Both the position numbers and the translations under genes were made by a program. The notes below the pieces were generated by a model. It did no database searches. It saw only the letters and a program-made list of their open reading frames with translations, and was not told the DNA's origin. 64,000 bases of DNA, from NCBI GenBank assembly GCA_905233625.1, contig CAJOFJ010000006.1, positions 46,176 to 110,175 on the forward strand. The letters are read 5' to 3'. Positions within the stretch are counted from its first letter, which is position 1. The number at the start of each line of letters is the position of its first letter. The DNA is from an uncultured Bacteroidales bacterium (GTDB lineage: Bacteria > Bacteroidota > Bacteroidia > Bacteroidales > WCHB1-69). Of this stretch, positions 36,962-47,792 are shown in pieces.

Positions 36962-39900
36962 ATGCCTGGCATTAATGACTACATTAATATTATACGAAAC
37001 GGCCTTTTTTCCAAACAAAACCGTTTGTCTGGCATCGCATTCATTGACATAGAAGTTGGAGTCCAAGATAAAAAGGCACATGACTTTGGGGCAATAAAAG
37101 AATCGGGAGAAAAGCTTCATATAGCCTCGAAACAAGAATTTGCCAATTTTATCGCTGGTGCCGAATATTTATGCGGCCACAACATCATCCATCACGACCT
37201 GAAGTATTTATCCGATATTCCTAGTATCAAACAGCAGAAAAGAATTGATACACTGTATCTTTCGCCTTTGCTTTTTCCTAAGCGGCCTTATCATAAACTT
37301 CTGAAAGACGATAAATTGCAGAGTGGAGAATTGAACAATCCACTCAATGACTGCCAAAAAGCCAAAGACCTGTTTTATGATGAGGTAAACGCTTTTAACA
37401 GTCTGCCATCGGAACTTCAAGACATCTTTTATGCTCTGTTGCATCAAATTACAGAATTTACCGATTTTTTCTCTTTTCTGAATTTCAATCCTGCAATACG
37501 CAACACAGAATCTCTTATCTTTCAGGTATTTAATGAAAGGATTTGTCGTAACAGTCCTCTTGACACGCTTATCAATAAACATCCGGTAGAGCTGGCATAT
37601 GCCTTGGCATTAATTACAACCAATGACAGTGTTTCCATTACCCCACCCTGGCTATTGCGAAATTTTCCATTTATTAATAATGTACTGACTCTATTGTGCA
37701 ACACACCATGCCTCGACAGTCAGTGTGCATACTGCCAAAACCAATTGGATATTCATCAGGGATTGCAAAAGGTGTTTGGTTACACTGAGTTCCGCACTTT
37801 TGACGGGGAACCCATGCAGGAACGAGCGGTTCAAGCAGCCGTTAATGGAAGCTCTCTATTGGCCATTTTCCCTACCGGAGGTGGCAAATCTCTCACTTTC
37901 CAATTGCCAGCACTGATGTCTGGTAGAGCAGTACATGGGCTAACCGTAGTCATTTCACCCTTGCAGTCGCTCATGAAAGACCAGGTGGACAATCTTGCCA
38001 ATCAAGGAATTACCGATGCGGTAACCATCAATGGACTGCTTGATCCTGTCAGCCGTGCAGACGCATTTGACAGGGTAGCTGACGGGAGTGCCAGTCTGCT
38101 GTACATTGCACCGGAAATGTTACGATCCAAAACCATAGAGAAATTACTGTTGTCCCGCAATGTGGTGAGATTTGTGATTGACGAGGCACATTGCTTTTCA
38201 TCTTGGGGACAAGATTTCCGAGTGGACTATCTCTATATCGGCGACTTCATTCGCCAATTACAGGAAAAGAAACAGCTACCCTCTGCCATTCCAGTATCCT
38301 GCTTTACTGCCACGGCTAAACAGAAAGTCATTACGGATATCTGCGATTATTTCAAGCGGAAATTAAATGTTGATTTACAATTATTTGCATCATCATCCAC
38401 ACGAGAAAACCTGCACTATTCTGTTATCTATGCTGAAACCGAAGACGAAAAATACAATATACTTCGCAACCTGATGCTGGCCAATCCTGTTCCAACCATC
38501 GTCTATGTTTCACGCACTAAAAAGACACACCAACTAGCGCAAAAATTAAGTACGGATGGTATTCCCGCACTGCCTTTTAATGGTAAAATGGAGTCGAGCG
38601 AAAAAATTGCCAACCAAAATGACTTCATCGGAAACAAGGTCAATGTCATGGTGGCCACCTCCGCTTTCGGTATGGGCGTTGATAAAAAAGACGTAGGACT
38701 AGTGATCCATTACGACATTTCCGACTCCCTCGAAAATTATGTGCAAGAAGCGGGACGTGCCGGCCGAGACCCGCACACCCAAGCTAAGTGCTATGTGTTG
38801 TATAGCGACCATGATTTGGACAAGCACTTCATTCTTCTTAACCAGACAAAGCTGAGTATCAGTGAAATACAACAAGTATGGAAAGCCATCAAAGATTTTA
38901 CCAAACAACGGAAACACATCTGTTGCTCGGCATTGGAAATTGCTCGTCAAGCTGGATGGAACGATGAAGCTGCAGACGTTGAGACACGTGTACGGACAGC
39001 TATCGCCGCACTGGAAGAAGCGGGATATGTAAGCCGTGGCAACAATGTTCCGCATGTCTTCGCTACAGGCATCATGGTAAAAAACATGGATGAGGCCCAC
39101 CAACGGATAGACAAATCCCTATTATTTACGAATGAACAAGAAAGGGAAAATGCCATACGCATCATCAAATCATTAATCTCACAAAAAAACATTGCTGATG
39201 CAATAGACGATGATGCGGAATCGAGGGTGGATTATCTGGCAGATCGATTAGGAATGACTAAAGAACTGGTTATCAACACCGTGAACCTGATGCGACAAGA
39301 AGGCATTCTAGCTGATTCACAAGACATGTCCGCCTTCCTCGAACATTCAGAAAACAAATCAAAGCAAATATTCGAACAACATGCTCGCTTGGAACGTTTC
39401 ATTCTGACCAGCCTTGCAGATACAGAAAGCAGATGGACATACAAATCCTTGAATGAACAGGCCATTGCCAGCAATATTCCCTCTTCCATCAAGAAAATCA
39501 CTACAATACTTAACTTTCTTTCCACAAGAAACCTTATTAAAAAGAAAGAAAGCGCATATTCCAACCTCATAAACGCTATTCCATGCCAAGATTTGGAACA
39601 GAGCCTGCAAAAAATCATAAGACGCATGGGAATTTGCCAGTTTATCATCGACCAACTATATGCTATAGCGGCAAATAAACACAGCAATAATGACAATAAT
39701 AGCAAAACAATTCAATTTTCCATCGTCACCTTACTAAAGAATTATGAAAAAGAAATGAAAAACGAATTGTTCAAGCAAAAACAGTCATGTAACATTCAAG
39801 ATATAAAAGATGCCCTGCTCTATTTGTCTCAAATAGGAGCCATGAAATTAGAAGGAGGATTTCTGGTGATATACAATGCCATGCAAGTTCTCAGGCTGAA

Positions 39901-41824
39901 AGACATGAAGTATAGATACAAACTGGAAGACTATCGTATGCTGGATGAATTTTACAAACAGAAACGGCAGCAGATTCATATTGTGGGCGAATATGCCAAT
40001 ATGATGGTGCGTGATTACGATGCGGCTTTGCAGTATGTACAAGACTACTTCCAAATGGATTACAAAAGATTCATTTCCAAGTATTTCAAAGGCGAACGTC
40101 TAAAAGAGATAGACCGTAACATTACCCCTGACAAATACCAAATGCTGTTTGGACAGCTTTCTGATAGACAACGTGAAATCATCAACGACAAACAATCCAA
40201 ATACATAGTTGTGGCGGCGGGACCCGGTAGCGGAAAAACACGTGTACTTGTCCATAAACTGGCATCATTACTTCTCATGGAAGATGTGAAACATGAACAG
40301 TTGCTGATGCTCACCTTTTCTCGCGCCGCCGCTACCGAGTTCAAACAGAGACTTATAGAATTAATTGGCAATGCAGCGCATTTTGTCGAAATCAGGACTT
40401 TTCACTCCTTCAGTTTCGACCTGTTGGGCAAAACCGGTAATTTGGAAGACTCTGAAAATGTGGTATTGAGAGCTGCTCAAGCAATTGAGAATGGTGAGGC
40501 TGAACAGAAACACATCAACAAAACCGTTCTCGTCATTGATGAGGCACAAGATATGGACCAAGACGAATACGCCTTGGTGAAAGCTCTCATGCAAAACAAT
40601 GAAGAGATGCGTGTGATAGCTGTAGGCGATGATGACCAAAATATTTTCCAGTTCAGAGGAGCCAACAGCAAGTACATGCAGGCTTTCATCGATGAAATGC
40701 AGGCGACTAAATATGAAATGACTGAAAATTACCGCAGTGCACAGGCTATTGTCAACTTTTCCAATCAATTTGCGCAAAAAATATCCAGAAGAATGAAGAC
40801 CGCACCCTGCATTTCCATGCAAAATGATTCCGGAATCGTCCAAATATGCCAGTATCAGTCCGAAAATCTGGAAATTCCCTTGGTCAACAATGTGGTACAA
40901 ACCTATAACAATGAACGTGCTTGCGTACTAACCAAGACAAACGACGAGGCGGCACGTATCGTAGGACTGCTGGTCAAAAGAGGAATTAATGCCAAACTGA
41001 TACAGTCGGTGGATGGTTTTCACTTCGGGAATCTGGCGGAAATCCGCTATTTTCTGAAAAACGTTGGCAATGAGCAGAATTCACCTGTGATCAGCGAGGA
41101 GAAATGGGATGCCGCCAAGAAGCGAACATTGGAAAAATACAGGGAAAGCACCTGTGCCGACCTGTTAAAAGAGTTTTTCAACATTTTTGAAACAACAAAT
41201 TCAACGAAGTATCACAGTGACCTGGCAGATTTTGTGTTGGAATCCAATTTGGAAGATTTCTGCGGCGAGGGAAAGCAGACAGTCTTTGTTTCAACCATCC
41301 ATAAGGCCAAAGGCAGGGAATTTGACACCGTCTATATGATGTTAGACAACGAACATGCTGACACAGACGAGAGAATCCGCAAATTATATGTGGGCATGAC
41401 CCGGGCAAAACAAAAGCTGTATATCCATTGCAACACTAATATCTTTGATACTGAATACGATAGCGTTAAATACGTGGCTGATGTGAAAATTTATCCTTTA
41501 CCGGAAGAAATAACGCTTCAGCTTACCTTCCACGATGTATATCTGAATTTTTTCAAAGACAAAAAAGAAAAAATCCTGAGAATGTGCAGTGGAGCTCCAT
41601 TATTATATAATGACGGCTACCTGTGCAACTGTGCCGGCGAAAAAGTCGCATTCCTTTCAAAACAAGCATCCAGCACATTGAAAGAATGGGAAAACAAAGG
41701 CTATGCCGTGCAGAGCGCCAAAGCAAATTACATTGTGGCATGGAAAGGAAAAGGAGAGGAAAATGAAACAGCCGTGTTGCTGCCTGAATTGGTGTTGGCA
41801 AAACTTACGGATGATACACCTTGA
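36962..41824 (+). CDS. Giant multidomain protein: DEDD-exonuclease-like N-terminus + RecQ-family SF2 helicase + UvrD/Rep-family SF1 helicase
   Basis: FIDIEV and GHNIIHHDLKYL (Exo I/II; Exo III has N in place of H). PTGGGKSLTFQLPA, DEAHCFSSWGQDFR, QEAGRAGRD (RecQ). AAGPGSGKT, VIDEAQDM, GDDDQNIFQFRGA, ENYRSAQ, STIHKAKGREFD, LYVGMTRAK (UvrD). Confidence 0.85.
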   Translation: MPGINDYINIIRNGLFSKQNRLSGIAFIDIEVGVQDKKAHDFGAIKESGEKLHIASKQEFANFIAGAEYLCGHNIIHHDLKYLSDIPSIKQQKRIDTLYLSPLLFPKRPYHKLLKDDKLQSGELNNPLNDCQKAKDLFYDEVNAFNSLPSELQDIFYALLHQITEFTDFFSFLNFNPAIRNTESLIFQVFNERICRNSPLDTLINKHPVELAYALALITTNDSVSITPPWLLRNFPFINNVLTLLCNTPCLDSQCAYCQNQLDIHQGLQKVFGYTEFRTFDGEPMQERAVQAAVNGSSLLAIFPTGGGKSLTFQLPALMSGRAVHGLTVVISPLQSLMKDQVDNLANQGITDAVTINGLLDPVSRADAFDRVADGSASLLYIAPEMLRSKTIEKLLLSRNVVRFVIDEAHCFSSWGQDFRVDYLYIGDFIRQLQEKKQLPSAIPVSCFTATAKQKVITDICDYFKRKLNVDLQLFASSSTRENLHYSVIYAETEDEKYNILRNLMLANPVPTIVYVSRTKKTHQLAQKLSTDGIPALPFNGKMESSEKIANQNDFIGNKVNVMVATSAFGMGVDKKDVGLVIHYDISDSLENYVQEAGRAGRDPHTQAKCYVLYSDHDLDKHFILLNQTKLSISEIQQVWKAIKDFTKQRKHICCSALEIARQAGWNDEAADVETRVRTAIAALEEAGYVSRGNNVPHVFATGIMVKNMDEAHQRIDKSLLFTNEQERENAIRIIKSLISQKNIADAIDDDAESRVDYLADRLGMTKELVINTVNLMRQEGILADSQDMSAFLEHSENKSKQIFEQHARLERFILTSLADTESRWTYKSLNEQAIASNIPSSIKKITTILNFLSTRNLIKKKESAYSNLINAIPCQDLEQSLQKIIRRMGICQFIIDQLYAIAANKHSNNDNNSKTIQFSIVTLLKNYEKEMKNELFKQKQSCNIQDIKDALLYLSQIGAMKLEGGFLVIYNAMQVLRLKDMKYRYKLEDYRMLDEFYKQKRQQIHIVGEYANMMVRDYDAALQYVQDYFQMDYKRFISKYFKGERLKEIDRNITPDKYQMLFGQLSDRQREIINDKQSKYIVVAAGPGSGKTRVLVHKLASLLLMEDVKHEQLLMLTFSRAAATEFKQRLIELIGNAAHFVEIRTFHSFSFDLLGKTGNLEDSENVVLRAAQAIENGEAEQKHINKTVLVIDEAQDMDQDEYALVKALMQNNEEMRVIAVGDDDQNIFQFRGANSKYMQAFIDEMQATKYEMTENYRSAQAIVNFSNQFAQKISRRMKTAPCISMQNDSGIVQICQYQSENLEIPLVNNVVQTYNNERACVLTKTNDEAARIVGLLVKRGINAKLIQSVDGFHFGNLAEIRYFLKNVGNEQNSPVISEEKWDAAKKRTLEKYRESTCADLLKEFFNIFETTNSTKYHSDLADFVLESNLEDFCGEGKQTVFVSTIHKAKGREFDTVYMMLDNEHADTDERIRKLYVGMTRAKQKLYIHCNTNIFDTEYDSVKYVADVKIYPLPEEITLQLTFHDVYLNFFKDKKEKILRMCSGAPLLYNDGYLCNCAGEKVAFLSKQASSTLKEWENKGYAVQSAKANYIVAWKGKGEENETAVLLPELVLAKLTDDTP

Positions 41825-42710
41825 AACTGTCGTCGTCGTAAAAGAAGATGATTTTCTCAATTTTCTTTTCCTTGGGGGCTGGAGCTTGCTCAGTCTGAAC
41901 AGCCATGGGTCTTTCCACTGAAACTGTTCTTGGTCTTTCCGCGGGAGCAGCCACAGGTCTCTCCACCGAAACTGTCCTCGGTCTCTCTGCGGGTGTAGCC
42001 ACCGTTTTCTCCACTGGACGCACCGCAGGACGTGACTGAGGTTTCACCACCGTTGAGTCCACCGTCTTTCCTGTTGTCGGCTGTGGATTGGAACGAGACG
42101 GCATCGCTTTAGCTGCCACTTTCTCAAGTGTCCGAGAATTGGATTTTCCTGACGGATGTACAGCGCGCTTCGGAATATTCGATTCTGGAGAGGTCTCCAT
42201 AGGCTGTTCTGCTGCTTTAACGACTTCTGTTTCAGTTTCTTCAGCCTCTTCCAACGGGGTAGTTTCCTCTTCACCTGTTTTTACATCATCCATCGGAATC
42301 TCTTCAGAAGGCTCCTGAATATCATTTTCTGTGCCATTTGTAACGAAATCTTCGACAGTTTTCACATCCTCCTCTGGCTCAGGTTCCAGCTCGGGTTCAG
42401 GTTCAGGCTCCATCTCTGGTTCATAAGTTTCATCCTCCTCAAGAGAGCCGAAAAGATCCGTCTGGATAAATTCCCTCTTAACAACAGGAGCTTCATCAGG
42501 ATCTTTGATCATATTACCGACACCCATAATCAGCCATTCCGTACTGACCTCGGGAAAGGCCACCAAAACCTTCTTGGCAAAATCCAAGCTTGGCTGGTTC
42601 CTTCCTGAAAACAAATGTGTCAAATTCGATCTATTTACACCTATCTTCTCGGCAAATCCTGCCGGAGTCTCTTCGTAATGCTCCATTACTTGTTTAATTC
42701 TGTCAACCAT
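41805..42710 (-). CDS. XRE-type HTH protein with acidic/Pro-rich low-complexity region and 16-aa tandem repeat
   Basis: N-terminal HTH (FAEKIGVNRSNLTHLFSGRNQPSLDF). 48-nt repeat units at 41908-41955 and 41956-42003. The 3' end overlaps the helicase 3' end by 20 nt. Confidence 0.7.
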   Translation of the reverse strand: MVDRIKQVMEHYEETPAGFAEKIGVNRSNLTHLFSGRNQPSLDFAKKVLVAFPEVSTEWLIMGVGNMIKDPDEAPVVKREFIQTDLFGSLEEDETYEPEMEPEPEPELEPEPEEDVKTVEDFVTNGTENDIQEPSEEIPMDDVKTGEEETTPLEEAEETETEVVKAAEQPMETSPESNIPKRAVHPSGKSNSRTLEKVAAKAMPSRSNPQPTTGKTVDSTVVKPQSRPAVRPVEKTVATPAERPRTVSVERPVAAPAERPRTVSVERPMAVQTEQAPAPKEKKIEKIIFFYDDDSFKVYHP

Positions 42711-42726
42711 CTTTGTTTATTTTATG

Positions 42727-42847
42727 ATTTACACTTGTGTTGATTTATTTACTTTTGTATTTTGATGTTTATTTTTATAATTTACATTTGTATTCATTAA
42801 TCCACTTCAGTATCAATTGGTTTACTTTTGTATTTTACACTTGTAAT
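42727..42847 (+). repeat. Five copies of a ~15-nt TTTAC(A/T)(C/T)TTGT motif, each containing a -7-box-like TAnnTTTG
   Basis: TACACTTG, TACTTTTG, TACATTTG, TACTTTTG, TACACTTG, all on the + strand within 120 nt. Confidence 0.6.
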
Positions 42848-43352
42848 TAAGATTGTAAAACAGCTTAGTATTTTTGTAAACACTGAGGTATGGCGCAAAT
42901 ATTAGATTTGTAACACACAAGACGTCGTTTACAATAGGTTGCAAAAATACATAATATTTTCTACAAAAACAATAGTCTTTAAAATTGTTGATAAGTACCT
43001 GAAGTAATATATGATTATATATGATTTAAATTATTGAATTATAGTGATTTATGAAATGATATTAATTTATGGATATATGTTAATAACTATATCATTCTAT
43101 CTTAATCTATTACATCAAATAATAAAATTAAAATTATGGGTATCAGTAATTTATGTAAATTAAATTTGTATAATATACTGATACTGCACAATTTGTCTTT
43201 AAGGAGGGCTTATCCCCTACTCTGTTACAAAAATAAAGAGTGTTTTGGAAACTTTTTGAAGTGGTTTTGGCAAATGTAATATGTGAGTAAAAAGTATTTA
43301 TTGTGGTTGAATTTTGTAATTTTTTGACTTGTGTATCGTGGTTACGGTTGTG

Positions 43353-43360
43353 TATTTTTG
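43353..43360 (+). promoter_or_regulatory. -7 box about 35 nt upstream of the GC-rich element
   Basis: TATTTTTG. Confidence 0.4.
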
Positions 43361-43395
43361 TAAATTAGATTACCTTTCTTTTGTAAAATGTCCCA

Positions 43396-43740
43396 TTTTC
43401 GCGGCAGGTTAGTGTTGACATCTGTGCACATATTCCCCGTGCTGCAAGGAGGGAGTACATACCTTTTCCATCCCACACTCACGTGTGAGGTTACTGAATT
43501 ATGGCATCTTCGATGCCAATTGTACCCGGCCGCAGGTGTGTTGGGGCACCTTATACACCCTCTGAGAACACTGACGGTGAACCTTGACACATGTAACTGC
43601 AGGCTGTAAGCTGCTCTAACCATAGCCCGGGGTAAGGTATGAGACACGAGCACCGCCACTCCGGGGAAGAAAACGACCCGTGTGTTTGGTCGCGGCGCAT
43701 GAGTCGTCTGCACCGAAGTGATAAATTTGCCGCCGCGAAA
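43396..43740. ncRNA. Candidate structured RNA of unknown class (strand unresolved)
   Basis: Sharp GC-rich block in a very AT-rich 1.37-kb gap. The ends pair (UUUCGCGGC / GCCGCGAAA). There are many local hairpins. On the minus strand two of them show a cUUCGg loop (43711-43720) and a GUGA GNRA loop (43476-43489). Confidence 0.4.
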
Positions 43741-44080
43741 AAAAGTCATTTCAGCCAAGGTTAAAATACCCTTTGAGAATCGCATATTCCCCTACCCTGT
43801 ATCAGGATATTTCAAATATTCGATTCTCGTGAGGCGAAAACTCCGTTAATTGACACATAAACATCTGAAATACTGATAATTATATGATAAATTTAGATAT
43901 AATGGATTTAATGCCATTTAGCTTATTGCCTATACAGGCGGTACATTTTCAAGATTATTTCGTAACTTTGCAAAATCTCTACCCTTCTTCCTCTATTTTC
44001 AAAATTATTTCAGCTTCCATAAAATAAACATACAGACATTATCGTTAATAACTTATCAAACTAAAAATACAATATAATAT

Positions 44081-45634
44081 ATGAATACTAAAATTCTCTG
44101 GGCGGATGATGAGATTGACCTCCTGAAGCCACATATCCTGTTTCTGAAAGCTAAAGGTTACGACGTGATTCCCGTAGTGAGCGGCAACGAAGCCCTGGAA
44201 GTCTTGCAAAAGGAAATCATCGACATTATATTTTTGGACGAGCAGATGCCCGGCATGAACGGCATCGAGACCATGAAGCGCATCAAAACCATTAACCAGC
44301 ACATTCCTATCGTGATGATTACCAAGAGCGAAGAGGAAAACATCATGGAAGATGCCATCGGCTCCAACATCGCCGACTACCTGATCAAACCGGTGAACCC
44401 GAATCAGATTCTGCTTTGCCTGAAGAAAAACATTGATAACAAAAAGATTATCACCGAAAAAAGCACGATGGCCTATCAACAGGCTTTCCGTGAACTGTCC
44501 ATGCGTATCTCCGACAGATTATCGCTCAGCGAATGGGATGCCCTGTATAAAGAATTGGTATATTGGGAATTGGAGTTGGAGAAGATCGAAGATAGCGGTG
44601 TTGCAGAGATTCTGGCCAACCAGAAAGAAGAGGCCAACATCCAGTTCGCCAAGTTTGTTTCCAATAACTACCTGAACTGGCTTACCGGCAAGTGCGACGA
44701 AAAACCGTCTTTGTCACATACGGTGCTGAAAGACAAGCTCTTCCCCCTACTCTCCGAAAAGCAACCCATCTTTCTCTTTGTGATCGACAACCTGCGTTTT
44801 GACCAGTGGAAGACCATCCAGCCGATGATTCACGATTTCTACCATGTGGAGGACGAGAGCATTTGCTACAGTATTCTGCCCACCGCCACACACTATGCCC
44901 GCAACGCCCTGTTCTCTGGACTCATGCCTTCGGTTATCGCACAGAAATACCCGCAACTATGGCTGAACGAGAGCGACGAAGGCAGCAAGAACCAATACGA
45001 ACAACAGCTGCTTGGCGAGTATCTGAAACGTTATGGAAAGAATGTAAAATATTCATTCTCAAAGATTTTGAACCTTGACTTCGGCAAGAAAATCTTCGAT
45101 AGTTTCCATCAGCTGATGCACAATCCGCTAAATGTGGTGGTCTTCAACTTTGTAGACATGTTGTCGCACGCCCGCACCGATGTGGACATTATCCGCGAGT
45201 TAGCCGAAGATGAAAAATCATACCGCAACGTCACCGCCACCTGGTTCCAAAACTCCATCCTCTTCGAGATGATCAAGTACCTGTCGGAGAAGAAAGCCCT
45301 GGTGTTCCTCACCACCGACCATGGTACCATCCGCATCGACAATCCCGTGAAGATTGTAGCCGACAAGACCATCAACAGCAACCTGCGTTACAAGGTGGGC
45401 AAGAGCACAATGGACTACCCCAGCAAGGACGTGTATGAAATCAAGAATCCCGAAGACGCATTCCTGCCCAAGGAATCGCTGACATCGCGATACATCTTCG
45501 CCACCAAGAACGACTTCTTCGCCTACCCCAACAACTACAACTACTACGTGAACTACTACCGCAACACCTTCCAGCATGGCGGCATATCGATGGAAGAGAT
45601 GATGATTCCGTTTATCAAACTGGTACCGAGATAG
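44081..45634 (+). CDS. porX: PorX-type response regulator (receiver + PglZ/alkaline-phosphatase-like domain)
   Basis: MNTKILWADDEIDLLKPHILFLKAKGY receiver domain, 517 aa, PglZ-type C-terminal domain. Size and architecture match T9SS PorX. Confidence 0.7.
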   Translation: MNTKILWADDEIDLLKPHILFLKAKGYDVIPVVSGNEALEVLQKEIIDIIFLDEQMPGMNGIETMKRIKTINQHIPIVMITKSEEENIMEDAIGSNIADYLIKPVNPNQILLCLKKNIDNKKIITEKSTMAYQQAFRELSMRISDRLSLSEWDALYKELVYWELELEKIEDSGVAEILANQKEEANIQFAKFVSNNYLNWLTGKCDEKPSLSHTVLKDKLFPLLSEKQPIFLFVIDNLRFDQWKTIQPMIHDFYHVEDESICYSILPTATHYARNALFSGLMPSVIAQKYPQLWLNESDEGSKNQYEQQLLGEYLKRYGKNVKYSFSKILNLDFGKKIFDSFHQLMHNPLNVVVFNFVDMLSHARTDVDIIRELAEDEKSYRNVTATWFQNSILFEMIKYLSEKKALVFLTTDHGTIRIDNPVKIVADKTINSNLRYKVGKSTMDYPSKDVYEIKNPEDAFLPKESLTSRYIFATKNDFFAYPNNYNYYVNYYRNTFQHGGISMEEMMIPFIKLVPR

Positions 45635-45650
45635 TTAAAAGTTAAGTTGC

Positions 45651-45689
45651 AAAAAAACGGCCCCGTTTCCGGAGCCGTTTTTTTTTATT
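45651..45689. terminator. Bidirectional intrinsic terminator between porX and groEL
   Basis: AAAAAAACGGC...GCCGTTTTTTTTT: GC stem flanked by an A-run and a T-run. Confidence 0.75.
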
Positions 45690-45708
45690 TGCAATGAAAA
45701 GCGTACTA

Positions 45709-47358
<1,650 letters not shown>

Positions 47359-47409
47359 TTATTTTTCTTGATTAATGATTTTTTTTGATTTTTGATGACA
47401 TTAAAAAGA

Positions 47410-47685
47410 TTAAAGGGTGGCATAAATGTCACTTTCCTTCATAATCAGATACTTTTCACCGTCATATTGGATTTCAGTGCCTGAATATTTGCCATACAGC
47501 ACAGTGTCATTCACCTTCAAAGTCATGGGTTCGTCCTTTTTGCCAGGTCCAACTGCCACAACAGTGCCTTTTTGCGGTTTTTCCTTTGCGGTGTCAGGGA
47601 TAATAATACCGCCAGCGGTCTTCATTTCTGCTTCGGCAGGTTTCACCAGAACTCTGTCTGCCAATGGTTTGATGTTTACTTTCAT
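47410..47685 (-). CDS. groES: Co-chaperonin GroES
   Basis: Start taken at [16 protein letters not shown] (91 aa). The track ORF extends further upstream, which I consider spurious. Confidence 0.9.
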   Translation of the reverse strand: MKVNIKPLADRVLVKPAEAEMKTAGGIIIPDTAKEKPQKGTVVAVGPGKKDEPMTLKVNDTVLYGKYSGTEIQYDGEKYLIMKESDIYATL

Positions 47686-47773
47686 AGTGTTTTTGTTTTT
47701 AGTTTTTATTTTATTGATTTTCAATATTTTATCATTTTGAATAAATCTATGAAACACATAACGACACATTGAT

Positions 47774-47789
47774 TAGCAAAATCCGTGCC
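47774..47789 (-). promoter_or_regulatory. Sigma-54 (-24/-12) promoter for groES-groEL
   Basis: Reverse complement reads TGGCACGGATTTTGCT, a full match to TGGCACG-N4-TTGCW. About 89 nt upstream of the groES ATG. Confidence 0.7.
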
Positions 47790-47792
47790 AAA

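Noticed and set aside
41908-42003. 48-nt tandem duplication as a possible non-coding VNTR or regulatory repeat
   Set aside because: It is in-frame within the HTH protein's Pro/Arg-rich linker (ERPRTVSVERP..). This is a low-complexity coding repeat.
43136-43279. 47-codon ORF (MGISNLCKLNLYNILILHNLSLRRAYPLLCYKNKECFGNFLKWFWQM) in the AT-rich desert
   Set aside because: It has no RBS or -7 box and its composition is driven by AT-rich DNA. It is too short to support without conservation data.
43396-43740. Identification as RNase P RNA, tmRNA, 6S, SRP RNA, a cobalamin riboswitch or a group II intron fragment
   Set aside because: Size, GC contrast and the closing helix suggested rnpB. However, the universal GAGGAAAGUCCGG and ACAGAA.CCGGCUUA blocks are absent on both strands. 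There is no tRNA-like 3' end (tmRNA), no SRP GGAAGCAGCC-type motif, no B12 box and no domain V. This was inspected by eye only; cmscan is needed.
43342-43785. 147-codon ATG-initiated ORF on the minus strand spanning the GC-rich block
   Set aside because: The product is Arg/Cys/His/Trp-rich with no recognisable motif, no signal or TM pattern and no convincing RBS or promoter context. The DNA is dense in complementary segments. An open frame this long is somewhat unusual, so coding is not fully excluded. A homologue alignment showing a synonymous-substitution pattern would reverse this call.
44081-45634. PglZ domain as a sign of a BREX/DISARM-type defense system
   Set aside because: The PglZ-like domain is fused to a receiver domain in the PorX architecture. 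The gene stands alone between a gene desert and groEL, with no BrxC/PglX/PglY-type neighbours. It fits T9SS regulation.
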